Shown here: one piece after another, positions 19,745 through 29,442 of the stretch
Position numbering within the stretch: the stretch's first letter is position 1
Layout: every line of letters starts with the position of its first letter
DNA from: a virus
Taxonomy: Duplodnaviria; Caudoviricetes
DNA: 61,577 nt
Reading direction: 5' to 3' (one strand)
Virus record (IMG/VR): IMGVR_UViG_3300043256_000467
Coordinates: 1-61,577 of that record
Made by a program: the position numbers and the translations under genes
Notes under the pieces: model-generated
Databases searched by the model: none
What the model saw: only the letters and a program-made list of their open reading frames with translations
Told to the model about the DNA's origin: nothing

Positions 19745-20059
19745 TCACCTCCCTTTCGCTCTGTGTGCCTCTGGCGCACCAAGATATACATCGATAATCC
19801 TGCCTACATCGACCTTAAGCGCACCTATCAGCGCTCCTCGAATCTCCTGACGTCTCCGCTGCGCGTCTCGCTGCGTCAGGATCCCCCGAGAATACAACTG
19901 ATTGTGTAGGCGCACCTCGATCTCAAGTGGAAGACCAAGCGACACGAGCGATGGGGGGCCGATTGGGATACCTATCCTCGCGTCCCCGTCTGGAGCATCG
20001 CTTGGCAACGAGACTTTCCAATACCTCCCCTCCTCATCCTCCCAGTGAGCTTCACGCAA
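19745..20059 (-). CDS. Hypothetical protein (neck/tail region)
   Basis: TTG start at 20059 with GGAGG RBS overlapping the upstream stop; 104 aa. Confidence 0.6.
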   Translation of the reverse strand: MREAHWEDEEGRYWKVSLPSDAPDGDARIGIPIGPPSLVSLGLPLEIEVRLHNQLYSRGILTQRDAQRRRQEIRGALIGALKVDVGRIIDVYLGAPEAHRAKGR

Positions 20060-21323
20060 GGACGGCCTCCGCAACTCCTCCCTCTTGGCGGACGCGCCTC
20101 CACGCGAAGATTGCTCCCCTCCGCGTCCCGAAGGGGTTGTTGAGGTCTTCTGGCGAGACTTGGAACGAGACGTTTTCGAGGTTGGCTGCAAGGTCCTGCC
20201 TCCAATGCTCAATCCATGCGTGTACATTATTACATTCACACACAGGTCTATCCAAGAGCGATGCCGCGTAGTATGCTACGATCTGCGCCCACTCTGGGTC
20301 CATCGTCCGAGTGGGACAAGCGAGGCTACGGTTTCTGAGCCCCGCTCGGTACCATAATCGAGTGAGGTCGGGCTGCCGGCCAAGTGCCCAAACTGCACTA
20401 TCGAATGACTCGTCGTCGGCATTCCATGCTCCTGGTCGGTACGACACGGCTCCAATTCTAGGGTCTTCCCTTTGCATCAAACAGCCAGTCTGCGCGGTGA
20501 AGGCGCACAGCTCACATCCCGTCCCGCAACCACAGGCGCTGAACGGCTCCCATAAAAAGGTCGCTTGCTGCTGAGGATCGTTATAGACACGATAGACGTC
20601 GACCGTGTTTAGGAAATTGCTATCTCCAGCCGGGCTGCCTTCTAGACCACGCAGATGGCTGTCGTCAGCTGGCGGCACTAGATCAAGCTGAAGTTCTGGC
20701 TTGACTGCCTGTTCGCGTCGGAACAGAATCGTTGCTGTCGTGCCAGTTATCGCAACGTTGATCGGCCGGATCTCCCACTGGTCCTCACCGCCTGTCTGCA
20801 CCATGGCATTGGAAACAGGTACATAGATACGCAATTCGCACGGATCTTGCCCTGCTGCGACTGTCACTGTTACCGTCGTCGTTTCCCAGTAGCCATCATT
20901 GTCGACGTCGCTGTATGCTATCGCCGCACCAGCCTCGATCAACGTCTGTGCACGCACACCCCCAGAGATAAAGTGCTTCCAGTTGGTGAAAACGATCTGT
21001 TGCATCCCTCGTATATCGAGTGATCTAAGATTGAACAGCTCCTTACGCCAAGGCCGTACTGTCGGACGCCACTCATCTACCTCCCAGGTCGGCAAGAGTC
21101 GGTAATGAAGCTGCCGCTCAATGTCTGCCTCTGCCTTTGCAACAGCGAGAGCAATATCCTCACGCCCCACGCGATTTACCGCTTGGTGCGCGAACTGCAT
21201 CCACGGCTGCTCGCAGATCGTTACCGGCGCAACGTAGAGTTGATTGAAGTGAAGCGGGCTGATCCCGATAATTCTGGCCCATTCGTCAAGGGGCAACTTA
21301 GTCAGTGTCTGCGCTCTAGCCAT
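20052..21323 (-). CDS. Putative head-tail adaptor/neck protein
   Basis: 423 aa; helical N-terminus (IALAVAKAEADIERQL) and RLWYRAG...WAQIVAYYAA resemble gp6/gp15-type adaptors; synteny. Confidence 0.55.
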   Translation of the reverse strand: MARAQTLTKLPLDEWARIIGISPLHFNQLYVAPVTICEQPWMQFAHQAVNRVGREDIALAVAKAEADIERQLHYRLLPTWEVDEWRPTVRPWRKELFNLRSLDIRGMQQIVFTNWKHFISGGVRAQTLIEAGAAIAYSDVDNDGYWETTTVTVTVAAGQDPCELRIYVPVSNAMVQTGGEDQWEIRPINVAITGTTATILFRREQAVKPELQLDLVPPADDSHLRGLEGSPAGDSNFLNTVDVYRVYNDPQQQATFLWEPFSACGCGTGCELCAFTAQTGCLMQREDPRIGAVSYRPGAWNADDESFDSAVWALGRQPDLTRLWYRAGLRNRSLACPTRTMDPEWAQIVAYYAASLLDRPVCECNNVHAWIEHWRQDLAANLENVSFQVSPEDLNNPFGTRRGAIFAWRRVRQEGGVAEAVLA

Positions 21324-21609
21324 CGCGCACCCACCTCTCTACTACAATCGCTCCAGCAGCGGCTGCAAGAACGATCACAGGCTCCGGCCGCCAGTACTCC
21401 CATACTCCCCAGAGCAACGCGGCTGTCCAGAGCGAAACGCACCAGATACAGGTAATGAGAACCGGCAGGAGTCCTCTTATCTCACCCTCCTTAGGCACAC
21501 CAATGAAGCGCCGCGCTCGCTCGAAGATGCCCCCAGGGCCTTCCTCGACTGCGATAAGTGAAGCGAGGCGCCAGGAGGCGAAAGCTACGAGGACAGCCTG
21601 TTCTATCAT
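21316..21609 (-). CDS. DUF1360-like small membrane protein
   Basis: WRLASLI...IFERAR...LITCIWCVSLW with hydrophobic helices. Confidence 0.75.
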   Translation of the reverse strand: MIEQAVLVAFASWRLASLIAVEEGPGGIFERARRFIGVPKEGEIRGLLPVLITCIWCVSLWTAALLWGVWEYWRPEPVIVLAAAAGAIVVERWVRDG

Positions 21610-24332
21610 CTCGGCGGCCCTTCCGCAACGAGCTCAGGTGTAGCAGCCACCTCTTGCGGGGCCACTTGCCTAAAGTCTCGCATATTAGCAAAGTGCGCAG
21701 CATCCTCCGCTCGCACGTACTTCTTGTTGTTCCGTCCAGCCCCGAAGGAATACGCTTGACCAGAAGGTGCTCTAAAGTGCCTGGTGGATTGCTCGCCTGT
21801 GTACTCGATAAGTACTGCCTCACCATTGGTGCTAACCTGTGCTGCGGGCGACTTCTTCGTCAACGCCTGGGCGACAGGTACCCGCTGCCTCTTCGTGCAT
21901 CCACTACATGCCATAAGCTCCTGCTCTCCTCCAAAGAACCGCTTCCACTTCCTTAAGATCCCCTGCTTGCTCTCCTCGTGCTCGGCGTAGTTCTCCTCCC
22001 GCCGGTAACCCGTACTCTTCCGATACACCCAGAGAGGGTGCGGTATACGAGTGCTGCACTCGCCGATGTTCGCCGCAGCAAGCTGGAAGTCCCAGTCTTC
22101 CCAAGCAGGGAGCTCCTCGTCGAAGCCACCCACCTCTTCCCATATCCGCTTAGGATAGAGTGCAGTGACGGCGTGGAGGCACCCTTTCGTTCGCAGATGA
22201 GTCATATATGTGCTGGGATCAAAGTCTTCAGCCTCGAAGATCTGCTGCTGCCCACCCTCCGCCTCGTCGTACCAGTCCGAGTAGACGATGCCTCCAACCT
22301 CACTCCACGCCTCAAACATCTCCTGCAAACACTGCGGCTGCAAATAGTCATCTGCGTCAAGGGGGAGGAAGAGCCGTGCTCGACTTCTGGCTATCCCCTT
22401 GTTCCTCGCAGCAGCTACACCAAGGCTCCTCCGTCCAGCATCGATGACCGTAACCCACGAGGGGAGTTGTCGAGGGAGCGTTTTGCCCGTATCGTTGACG
22501 ACAATGCACTCCCACTGCCGGAAAGTCTGCGCGTCAACACTGTCAACCGCATCCCAGATCAACTCCTCGTGCCCAGGACCCACCGGGATTACGACAGCGA
22601 TGATAGGAGGATCGCACGAGTGCATGGGGGGCTGTTCAGCAGCCACTGCGCCGGCCGGACGCACATCTGGAAACGTGCTCCAGGGGAACCATGCGCTCCA
22701 TTCCCGCTGCCCGACCTCTCGACTCATAGACCCTTCGCGGTTGCGGTAGATGAGCGTGTCGGCAGTTGATACCATCTTTGGCCTGAATCCGTAGCTCGCG
22801 GCTCTAGTCCAGAATTCTGCATCTTCCGCCGTACGGCAGCGAGCCCTATATCCACCCGTCCGCTCCCAGACTTCCCTGCGGAACATCGAGCAATACGGCA
22901 GCAAGTTACGCTGCACCTCCTGCCACTCATACTTGAATACCATAGGCCAGCCTGAGTGCCCGGGATTGACACCCTGCACGTTGTACTCTGTCGGCGTTTC
23001 CCCATCCTCGTCGACGAACAGGACGTTGCCGTAGGTGATATGTAGCCCGCGATCCTCGTCGAGCGCGTCAGCGAGCAGCCCAACAGTCCTAGGCGTGAGC
23101 ATATCGTCAGCATCGAGCGGCAAGATATATCGCCCCCGAGCCTGAGCAATGCCTGTATTCCTCGCCATTGCCAGGTACTGGTTCTTCTTGTTGTGGATGA
23201 CCCGAACGCGCTCGTCCTTCTTGGCATACTCATCGGCGATGGCTCCGCACCGGTCTGGCGAAGCGTCGTCGACAACGATGCACTCGAAGTCATCATCCTT
23301 CTGAGCGAGTACAGAGTCGAGGCAATCAGGGAGGTAGTCAGCTAAGTTGTACGCCGTGACTATAATGGATACTCGTGGGCCACTACGTCGCTCCTTCCAT
23401 TCAGAGACGACGCTCTGCAGAAAGGTGGCGTACATCTTCCCGACCTCTCCATATGAGAACGCTCCCGCAACTTCACGCGAGCGTCGGGAGAGTCTGTCGT
23501 GGTTCTCGAACGCCCAGCGGACGCCCTCGATCAAGCCATCATGGTCGCCAGGAGCCGCTAGCCAGGCAGTGTCTTTATGCTTGAGGAACTCCCGTTGACC
23601 TCCCCACGCCCACCCGACGATGGGCACCCCAGCAGCCATCGCTTCCAAAGTGCCAACGCCGAAAGTCTCTCGTGCGGTGCAGAGATAGATCCCCGCAGCC
23701 TGGACCAACTGCTTCGCTTCCACAAACGGGAGGCGCCCAGTGACCTGAAGATTAGGGGGGCTTTCTCCATGCAAGTCAAACGTCGTGACGAACTTGATAT
23801 CTGGCATCGCCTCCGCAAGCTTGACTATCGGTGTCGGGTCGCAGATCGGATCTGGTCGCGTCTTATTCCACAACACGTAACCTGAGCCGTACTCCGACCT
23901 GTCGCTAGCAGGCCACTCGGCAGCATCAATCCCGTGTGGGATGACGCCGACTTTCCTCATCGTGTGCCGGCGGATAGCCTGGGCGACCCAGAATGAGTGA
24001 GCGATGACTGCGTCAGAGTGCCGGATGCTCTCCATCACCTGCGCGTTCGCCTTGATCGCCCACGCAGGCCATTCGTATGGCCTACCAGTTGCAGGATCTA
24101 TATCCGCCCAATAGAGCCCATGGCAATCGAGGATGAGTGGGAGGTCCTTGTACTGCCTAAGATACTTCGACGCTCGCTCGATATGGACAATGACGGCATC
24201 CGCCTCCTCGTGCGAAGGCACGATCTCGATACCGTGCTCTGGCAGGACGCTGCGCTGCATCTCGACGACACGGCGAACGCCCCCATCACCATCATCCTCG
24301 CCCTTGAAGTCGGGGTAGATATATACCCGCAT
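21606..24332 (-). CDS. Tri-modular glycosyltransferase GT4-GT2-GT2 with an extra C-terminal ~100-aa domain
   Basis: GT4 EX7E motif ETFGVGTLEAM; two GT-A domains each with ARNxG and LPLDADD, plus ED motifs (AEDAEF, WEDWDF). Confidence 0.93.
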   Translation of the reverse strand: MRVYIYPDFKGEDDGDGGVRRVVEMQRSVLPEHGIEIVPSHEEADAVIVHIERASKYLRQYKDLPLILDCHGLYWADIDPATGRPYEWPAWAIKANAQVMESIRHSDAVIAHSFWVAQAIRRHTMRKVGVIPHGIDAAEWPASDRSEYGSGYVLWNKTRPDPICDPTPIVKLAEAMPDIKFVTTFDLHGESPPNLQVTGRLPFVEAKQLVQAAGIYLCTARETFGVGTLEAMAAGVPIVGWAWGGQREFLKHKDTAWLAAPGDHDGLIEGVRWAFENHDRLSRRSREVAGAFSYGEVGKMYATFLQSVVSEWKERRSGPRVSIIVTAYNLADYLPDCLDSVLAQKDDDFECIVVDDASPDRCGAIADEYAKKDERVRVIHNKKNQYLAMARNTGIAQARGRYILPLDADDMLTPRTVGLLADALDEDRGLHITYGNVLFVDEDGETPTEYNVQGVNPGHSGWPMVFKYEWQEVQRNLLPYCSMFRREVWERTGGYRARCRTAEDAEFWTRAASYGFRPKMVSTADTLIYRNREGSMSREVGQREWSAWFPWSTFPDVRPAGAVAAEQPPMHSCDPPIIAVVIPVGPGHEELIWDAVDSVDAQTFRQWECIVVNDTGKTLPRQLPSWVTVIDAGRRSLGVAAARNKGIARSRARLFLPLDADDYLQPQCLQEMFEAWSEVGGIVYSDWYDEAEGGQQQIFEAEDFDPSTYMTHLRTKGCLHAVTALYPKRIWEEVGGFDEELPAWEDWDFQLAAANIGECSTRIPHPLWVYRKSTGYRREENYAEHEESKQGILRKWKRFFGGEQELMACSGCTKRQRVPVAQALTKKSPAAQVSTNGEAVLIEYTGEQSTRHFRAPSGQAYSFGAGRNNKKYVRAEDAAHFANMRDFRQVAPQEVAATPELVAEGPPR

Positions 24333-24337
24333 AGTAA

Positions 24338-24967
24338 CTATCTCACTCCAACTCTATGCGTTCTGTGCGATGGAATGCAATTTGCTACGACGACAGCAAG
24401 CTGGGCTGCTACCCCTCCGGTAACTGTGCCAACACTCACCACGGTGCCCACACTCGGAGGACCATTTACTAGCATCAAGCGATAGGAAGTCCGCCCCTGT
24501 ACCTCAATCTTTCCTCGGCGCGGAGTAAACTCGACCTGTTCTCCAACATTGGGCAAGTCCCCGAAGGGGATTAGCCCATCTTCTCCAGGTTGTTCAGAAG
24601 TAGCGTAATCCTCAACCCCAACATCTCCAGGTACATCTCCCCAAGGAAACGCATCGCAAGCTAGCGCCATCGAAAGGTCAGGGGTGGGACTCTTCCCGTT
24701 GATGCGCAAAGTGAGAGATGCGCGGATGACCGATCTGATCTCCCCGATCTGCGAGGTATCAAAACTCAGCAGATATTGCTGAACGATGAATATACCAACA
24801 AACGGCACCGCTCGGATTGCCGTCGTTATAGGAGATGCCGCCGCAAAGAAGAAGGGAGGATACCATATACCACCTCCACCAGTCTCCGCATCAATATCTG
24901 CGTCGAACGTCAAGAGCCGAAACGTTGTCCCCCACGTTCCCACCAAGATGTCTTTTGGTACAATCAC
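24338..24967 (-). CDS. Hypothetical beta-rich protein (possible carbohydrate-binding or virion decoration)
   Basis: 209 aa; LLSFDTSQI...IRASLTLRI resembles DNRLRE-type domains (weak). Confidence 0.5.
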   Translation of the reverse strand: MIVPKDILVGTWGTTFRLLTFDADIDAETGGGGIWYPPFFFAAASPITTAIRAVPFVGIFIVQQYLLSFDTSQIGEIRSVIRASLTLRINGKSPTPDLSMALACDAFPWGDVPGDVGVEDYATSEQPGEDGLIPFGDLPNVGEQVEFTPRRGKIEVQGRTSYRLMLVNGPPSVGTVVSVGTVTGGVAAQLAVVVANCIPSHRTHRVGVR

Positions 24968-25665
24968 GACACTACGGCCTCCAACTCATCTACTGGAGCT
25001 GGATAGGTTCCAATGTGAGCAAACAGGTCCCCCCAAGGATGAATAAGATCAAGCGGCCAGACTACTCCTCGTCTAGCTTCCGGCCGGTGAGCTATCTCAA
25101 ACTCGGTGGTGCCTGGATCAAGTCCCTCCTGCCAAGGGCCGACACGTCTCTGCCGTTCCGCTGTTTCCAGCCGGGGATGTCCCGCCCACACGTGTGGCTC
25201 AGGAGAGTCAGGATCAAGAAGGAGGTAATGATTGCCGGACATATCATGGCGGAACTCCCCCTTTAACGGCTGCGTGTAGCCGATGTATCCTAGGCGGAGG
25301 CAGTCGAACCAACCTTCCTGAAGCGCTGCTACCAGCGGGTCGAGGTCGAGCGGCTTGGTTAGGCTCCAGTCGTCTTCGAGAGGCAGGACGACCTCAGCCC
25401 AAGCATGAACTGTCTGGAGTGCTAAGTTGTAGTTCGCCCCGTAGCCCCTACGTTCTGAGTTCGTCACGGTATGAGTGAGTGGAGGATGCTCAGCGAGTAT
25501 CCCCGCTAGGTGCTCACGATATTCTGGCGGGCTCCCGTCGTCAGCGATATGCACAGCGAGGCTCCCAGAGTAATGGATATTCTGGAGCGCAGAGCGGAGC
25601 GTCTGCTCGGCGTACTCCTGGCGGTTGTAGGTCAGGAGTAAGATGCAGAGATTAGGCCAGTCCAT
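24964..25665 (-). CDS. Glycosyltransferase family 2 (GT-A)
   Basis: LLLTYNR, IADDGS, GYGANYN, LEDDW. Confidence 0.88.
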   Translation of the reverse strand: MDWPNLCILLLTYNRQEYAEQTLRSALQNIHYSGSLAVHIADDGSPPEYREHLAGILAEHPPLTHTVTNSERRGYGANYNLALQTVHAWAEVVLPLEDDWSLTKPLDLDPLVAALQEGWFDCLRLGYIGYTQPLKGEFRHDMSGNHYLLLDPDSPEPHVWAGHPRLETAERQRRVGPWQEGLDPGTTEFEIAHRPEARRGVVWPLDLIHPWGDLFAHIGTYPAPVDELEAVVS

Positions 25666-25867
25666 CTACCTCTTCCCTGCTACGTACTCTTGCCAAGATC
25701 GCTGCCGCAAAAGCTCGTGCAGCCCCGGCCCCAGCAGCGATAACGTAAGCCTTCCAATCTTGTAGTACCACTTCCGGATCCAATTCCGCCACTAGTTGCA
25801 GCACAAACACCACGGCTGCGACACCGCCGAACCACAATAACTCTTCTAGTCTCTTGAAGTTGTACAT
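25652..25867 (-). CDS. Small two-TM membrane protein, holin candidate
   Basis: Two hydrophobic helices and a charged C-terminus; 71 aa. Confidence 0.5.
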   Translation of the reverse strand: MYNFKRLEELLWFGGVAAVVFVLQLVAELDPEVVLQDWKAYVIAAGAGAARAFAAAILARVRSREEVDGLA

Positions 25868-25868
25868 C

Positions 25869-26135
25869 CTACCCTCCCCCACTCCGCTGGACGACGGGAC
25901 AGTTCCCGATTTTCGCGTCCATCCGTATCAGGGTCTTGTGCATCTCTTGCACTTCTTTGTTCCCTTCGTCCTGCAGCTTTATCATCTGTTGAAACTGTAG
26001 TTCCAGCGTGGCGGCGTTAGGATTTCTACCGTTCCTGCCGTTCCGTCGGAAGCTCAGCCCGACGAAGCCTAGCAGCCCCACGATTATGGTGGCGGCTGTG
26101 CCTAGAAGTCCTGCGAGAACTGGTACTGGCTCCAC
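25869..26135 (-). CDS. Single-TM plus coiled-coil protein (holin/lysis accessory-like)
   Basis: N-terminal hydrophobic helix, basic patch, coiled coil. Confidence 0.5.
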   Translation of the reverse strand: MEPVPVLAGLLGTAATIIVGLLGFVGLSFRRNGRNGRNPNAATLELQFQQMIKLQDEGNKEVQEMHKTLIRMDAKIGNCPVVQRSGGG

Positions 26136-26145
26136 TCCTATCTCC

Positions 26146-26979
26146 CTAGTTGTCCACCACTAACAGCGTGAAGTCGCAGGATACCTCAACAACCCCACCG
26201 TCTCCAAAAGCCTCGAACCATATATCGGACTTTTCATTAATCAGCTTCCCAGTCCCTGGTGGATCGTAGTGGAACTCGCCAGAGACGCCGTCAAAGAACA
26301 GCCTGATCCTTTTAGAACTCACCGGCGCTGAGACGACATCTATATTCTCTCTAGTGAACATCCTGATATTGGCCGATTTGTTTGAGTCCACACGCATCTC
26401 TGCCGCAAGCAAATAGGCCGTCTTCCCTACAGGCACTGTCCAGCCACCGAATTGCGTCTGTCCTTCCCCTGCGGCGATCTCGATCAAGTCTGTCCCACCA
26501 CCACTATTCTCTACTACGATGTCGTCTGTATTAGCCGCTCCGTAAGTACCCGCAGACGAGACCCATGCTCTATGAATCCGCCAAAAAGATATGGTAGTAG
26601 CCAAACTCGCAGCAGCTCCCGCTGTGGCCACTGCTTCGCTGACTTCGTTGAAGTCACTGTCGATGCCCTGGACGGTTACTTCCCTAGCCCCCGCGCCAGC
26701 CGCAGTGTCAGCGGCGTTCCCTCCCGCTTTGATCCTGACTGCGGTGGGGGCCGACAGCGGCCACGAGGTAAGTCCGAGCAGGCTGACAAACTCCCACGAG
26801 CCGTTCGGCACAGCGTCGTTCCTGCCGAACTTATTTACTACGGCGAGCCCAGCCAGGTTGCCTTCCTGCACTTCGATTAGAAAGTCTCGCGCCGACGTTG
26901 GAGATTGAGTCGCGGCAAGAAGTGCTTGGGTTAGGTTTGCCAGTCTGTTGAGGCTTAATTCTGCCGAAGGCGCTACCAT
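26146..26979 (-). CDS. Putative virion structural/decoration protein
   Basis: 277 aa, Gly/Ala/Thr-rich beta protein (VNKFGRN, DTAAGAGAREVTVQGID, YTVP-like WTVPVGKT). Confidence 0.55.
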   Translation of the reverse strand: MVAPSAELSLNRLANLTQALLAATQSPTSARDFLIEVQEGNLAGLAVVNKFGRNDAVPNGSWEFVSLLGLTSWPLSAPTAVRIKAGGNAADTAAGAGAREVTVQGIDSDFNEVSEAVATAGAAASLATTISFWRIHRAWVSSAGTYGAANTDDIVVENSGGGTDLIEIAAGEGQTQFGGWTVPVGKTAYLLAAEMRVDSNKSANIRMFTRENIDVVSAPVSSKRIRLFFDGVSGEFHYDPPGTGKLINEKSDIWFEAFGDGGVVEVSCDFTLLVVDN

Positions 26980-27021
26980 TACTACACGTCCTTTACGATT
27001 AGATCAAACTCCGCACTCACG

Positions 27022-27999
27022 TCACTGATCCTTCTTGATCTTCCAGACCGTTCGGCTCGCTGGCCTACCTGTCACAGGTAGCGTCACGAGGGCCTTAGCC
27101 TTACCAAATCGCCCCAACAGCTCTGCTACATCGTCGTCGGTGGCTAGGAAATCCGGCCCAGGACCATCGCCAGCAAGTTGTGTCTCGAAGTAGAGAACAC
27201 CAGCCTCCTTGATAATCTTCTCCAGGAGAGCCTCGGCCTCTTCTCTACTCCTCTGCTGGATAATGTAGGGCCATACCGACAGCAGTAGTACGATGGGGAA
27301 GTCCCAGGACTTCCAATCGACGAGGTTCCTCCTCTCGAATATGCAGCCGGCGCTACCCCAGTACACCTGGGCCTGCTCAGCGATTGGGCTGTCCTCTATA
27401 CCTACTGCAGTTGCTCCCTCAGCCTGCGCCATCGCACAGAAGTACCCCGCACCAGCACCTGCATCCAGAAGCCGCAGGCCTTTGAGACGGTCCTGACTCC
27501 AACCTAGATCAGCATGGATGGCTAGCCATCGACGTACTAGGCGAGAGCCATCAGGGGTGAAGTCAGCGACGCTCTTCCACAGATAGAAGGCATCGGGCTT
27601 CTTCCGCTTGTCACTTCCCGTCTCCTGTTCCAAGCGGGACTCGCGCCAATCCAGTACCACAGGGTAGTCATTCCGCACCAGGATATTGGGCGAGGTTAGA
27701 TCGCCGTGGTGGATGCCTCTGTTATTCAGGGTGAGGAGGAGCCAGATGCAGTTCCGGTAGAACCGTTCCTCGTCCTGCACGGGCGACTCTGGAGCATCGA
27801 GCCGCGCCGCATCCCCCAGATCCTCCATGTCCAGAGTAGAATTATCGTAACCATAGAGACGAGGCACGAGAGGAGTATCATGTAGCAGGCCGAGAAAGCG
27901 AGCTTGGTTAGCCAACTGCTTCTCGCCCGCAGCGTTGGTAGCCGTCTCGATGATGTGTCCCCCCTGCCGTTGTCGTTCTATCTGAGGAGCGTCAGTCAT
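27022..27999 (-). CDS. Kinase-like domain fused to class I SAM methyltransferase (WbdD-like domains, reversed order)
   Basis: HHGDLTSPNILV...VLDW; LLDAGAGAG...AVGIED, LLLSVWPY, LYFET. Confidence 0.82.
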   Translation of the reverse strand: MTDAPQIERQRQGGHIIETATNAAGEKQLANQARFLGLLHDTPLVPRLYGYDNSTLDMEDLGDAARLDAPESPVQDEERFYRNCIWLLLTLNNRGIHHGDLTSPNILVRNDYPVVLDWRESRLEQETGSDKRKKPDAFYLWKSVADFTPDGSRLVRRWLAIHADLGWSQDRLKGLRLLDAGAGAGYFCAMAQAEGATAVGIEDSPIAEQAQVYWGSAGCIFERRNLVDWKSWDFPIVLLLSVWPYIIQQRSREEAEALLEKIIKEAGVLYFETQLAGDGPGPDFLATDDDVAELLGRFGKAKALVTLPVTGRPASRTVWKIKKDQ

Positions 28000-28724
28000 G
28001 TCCCCTCCCATCCTGCCGGCTTATCGCCCAGCCGTACCGTCCAAATGTGGAGCCAAGGGTCATGGATAGCCTGAAGGGCTTCTGGGCCATCTGGGCTCTC
28101 TACGTACCGCTCAGCATAGATACGCTCCCACTCGTAGCCCGAGACCCCTTCAGGGAAGACTCCGTAGTGCTCTACGAACCTCCGATGGTAAAGGAAAGGT
28201 CTGCCGTTCCACGTGTAGCCTTGCCGCTCAAACCGGATAGCTCTTACGCTCTCCGTCTCCACCCCGAACTCTATCACCTGCCCGCCTCGCTGCTCTGGCC
28301 GAGGAGGCATCAGAGAGATCGCGCCGATGCCCTTCTGCCCATTCACCGGCTCGCCGAACTCCGTCAGGATACGAGCCCAGGAGGTAAGGTTCAGAGGGTC
28401 GCGTAGCGAGTAGCTGTCGTCAGCGTAGATGAACAGGGGACTGACCTCCAGGGCCTGCCGTGCGCCCTCATTCAGAGCACCCCCCAGTCCCTTACCTTGA
28501 GTGTGACTGATAGAGGTAGGCCAGGGGCTGAATTGGAGGAGCTCCTCAGTGCACTCGAAGCCACGCACGGTATCGTCCGCAATATGCAGACGCAGCTCGC
28601 CGGCGTAGTTGAGGTAGCGCCCCCACGACATGATGGTCTGCTTCGCCACTTGGAGTCTGCCGAAGCCTCCCTCTATGGGCGGTATGTAGAGTGTCATTAC
28701 CATCGTCACGGGCGGGAGTATCAT
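27996..28724 (-). CDS. Glycosyltransferase family 2-like (paralog of 24964-25665)
   Basis: LHIADD, GLGGALN, YADDSY, GVFPEG; shares layout with the 233-aa GT. Confidence 0.8.
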   Translation of the reverse strand: MILPPVTMVMTLYIPPIEGGFGRLQVAKQTIMSWGRYLNYAGELRLHIADDTVRGFECTEELLQFSPWPTSISHTQGKGLGGALNEGARQALEVSPLFIYADDSYSLRDPLNLTSWARILTEFGEPVNGQKGIGAISLMPPRPEQRGGQVIEFGVETESVRAIRFERQGYTWNGRPFLYHRRFVEHYGVFPEGVSGYEWERIYAERYVESPDGPEALQAIHDPWLHIWTVRLGDKPAGWEGT

Positions 28725-28728
28725 CTCC

Positions 28729-29442
28729 CTATCTCACCCTCCCCCACTTCTCTGGAGACGACCATCGACGAATAGCATATTTGCGTAACTGACGTGTCAG
28801 ACTCCTACCGCTAAATTCTCGTCGCAGTTCGCTGCGCACTCTCATCGAGTGGGCTGTCTCGGTCCCGTCGTGGATACGAATGTGGTACAGGGGAGGACCC
28901 GCCACGGGAATCACTTTGTCTTGGAGGCCAAGTCTGTCACACAATTGGAGGAAGATAAAGTCGGGGGCGATCACAGCCTCTACGGGAAAGCCCCCTGTTT
29001 CCCGCCAGAAGCCTTTCGTGACCATAGCGTAGTTGCAGGGAGTCTCGAATCTCCCGTTCACCGATACCCCGCCTAGCTCGCCCCCATATTCGGCCACTAC
29101 CCAATAGAACCCGTCCATCCGGGCGTTGGCCTCATAGGAGGCAAGACATTCCTCAAGACAAGTAGGCTCAAGCCAGTCGTCGTCGCAGAGGAGGAATACC
29201 AAGTCGTTAGCAGCCAACGAGACGCCGCAATTGAACGCTGTCCCTACACCAAGCCTCCAAGGAGCATGCCATACCGTGACACCCTCACCCATCAGCGGGA
29301 GCCCCACCATATCATCAATGAGGAGAATTTCATCGGCATGACGCGTCTGCATCCGCACACTAGCTAGACATTCTTCAAGGTACGGTTGGTCTCGGGGCAC
29401 AGGGCCGACAGGTATAACGACTGTTATCTTCAGATCATTCAT
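28729..29442 (-). CDS. Glycosyltransferase family 2
   Basis: VVIPVGP, LLIDD, AFNCG, LCDDDWL, GGFP. Confidence 0.88.
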   Translation of the reverse strand: MNDLKITVVIPVGPVPRDQPYLEECLASVRMQTRHADEILLIDDMVGLPLMGEGVTVWHAPWRLGVGTAFNCGVSLAANDLVFLLCDDDWLEPTCLEECLASYEANARMDGFYWVVAEYGGELGGVSVNGRFETPCNYAMVTKGFWRETGGFPVEAVIAPDFIFLQLCDRLGLQDKVIPVAGPPLYHIRIHDGTETAHSMRVRSELRREFSGRSLTRQLRKYAIRRWSSPEKWGRVR

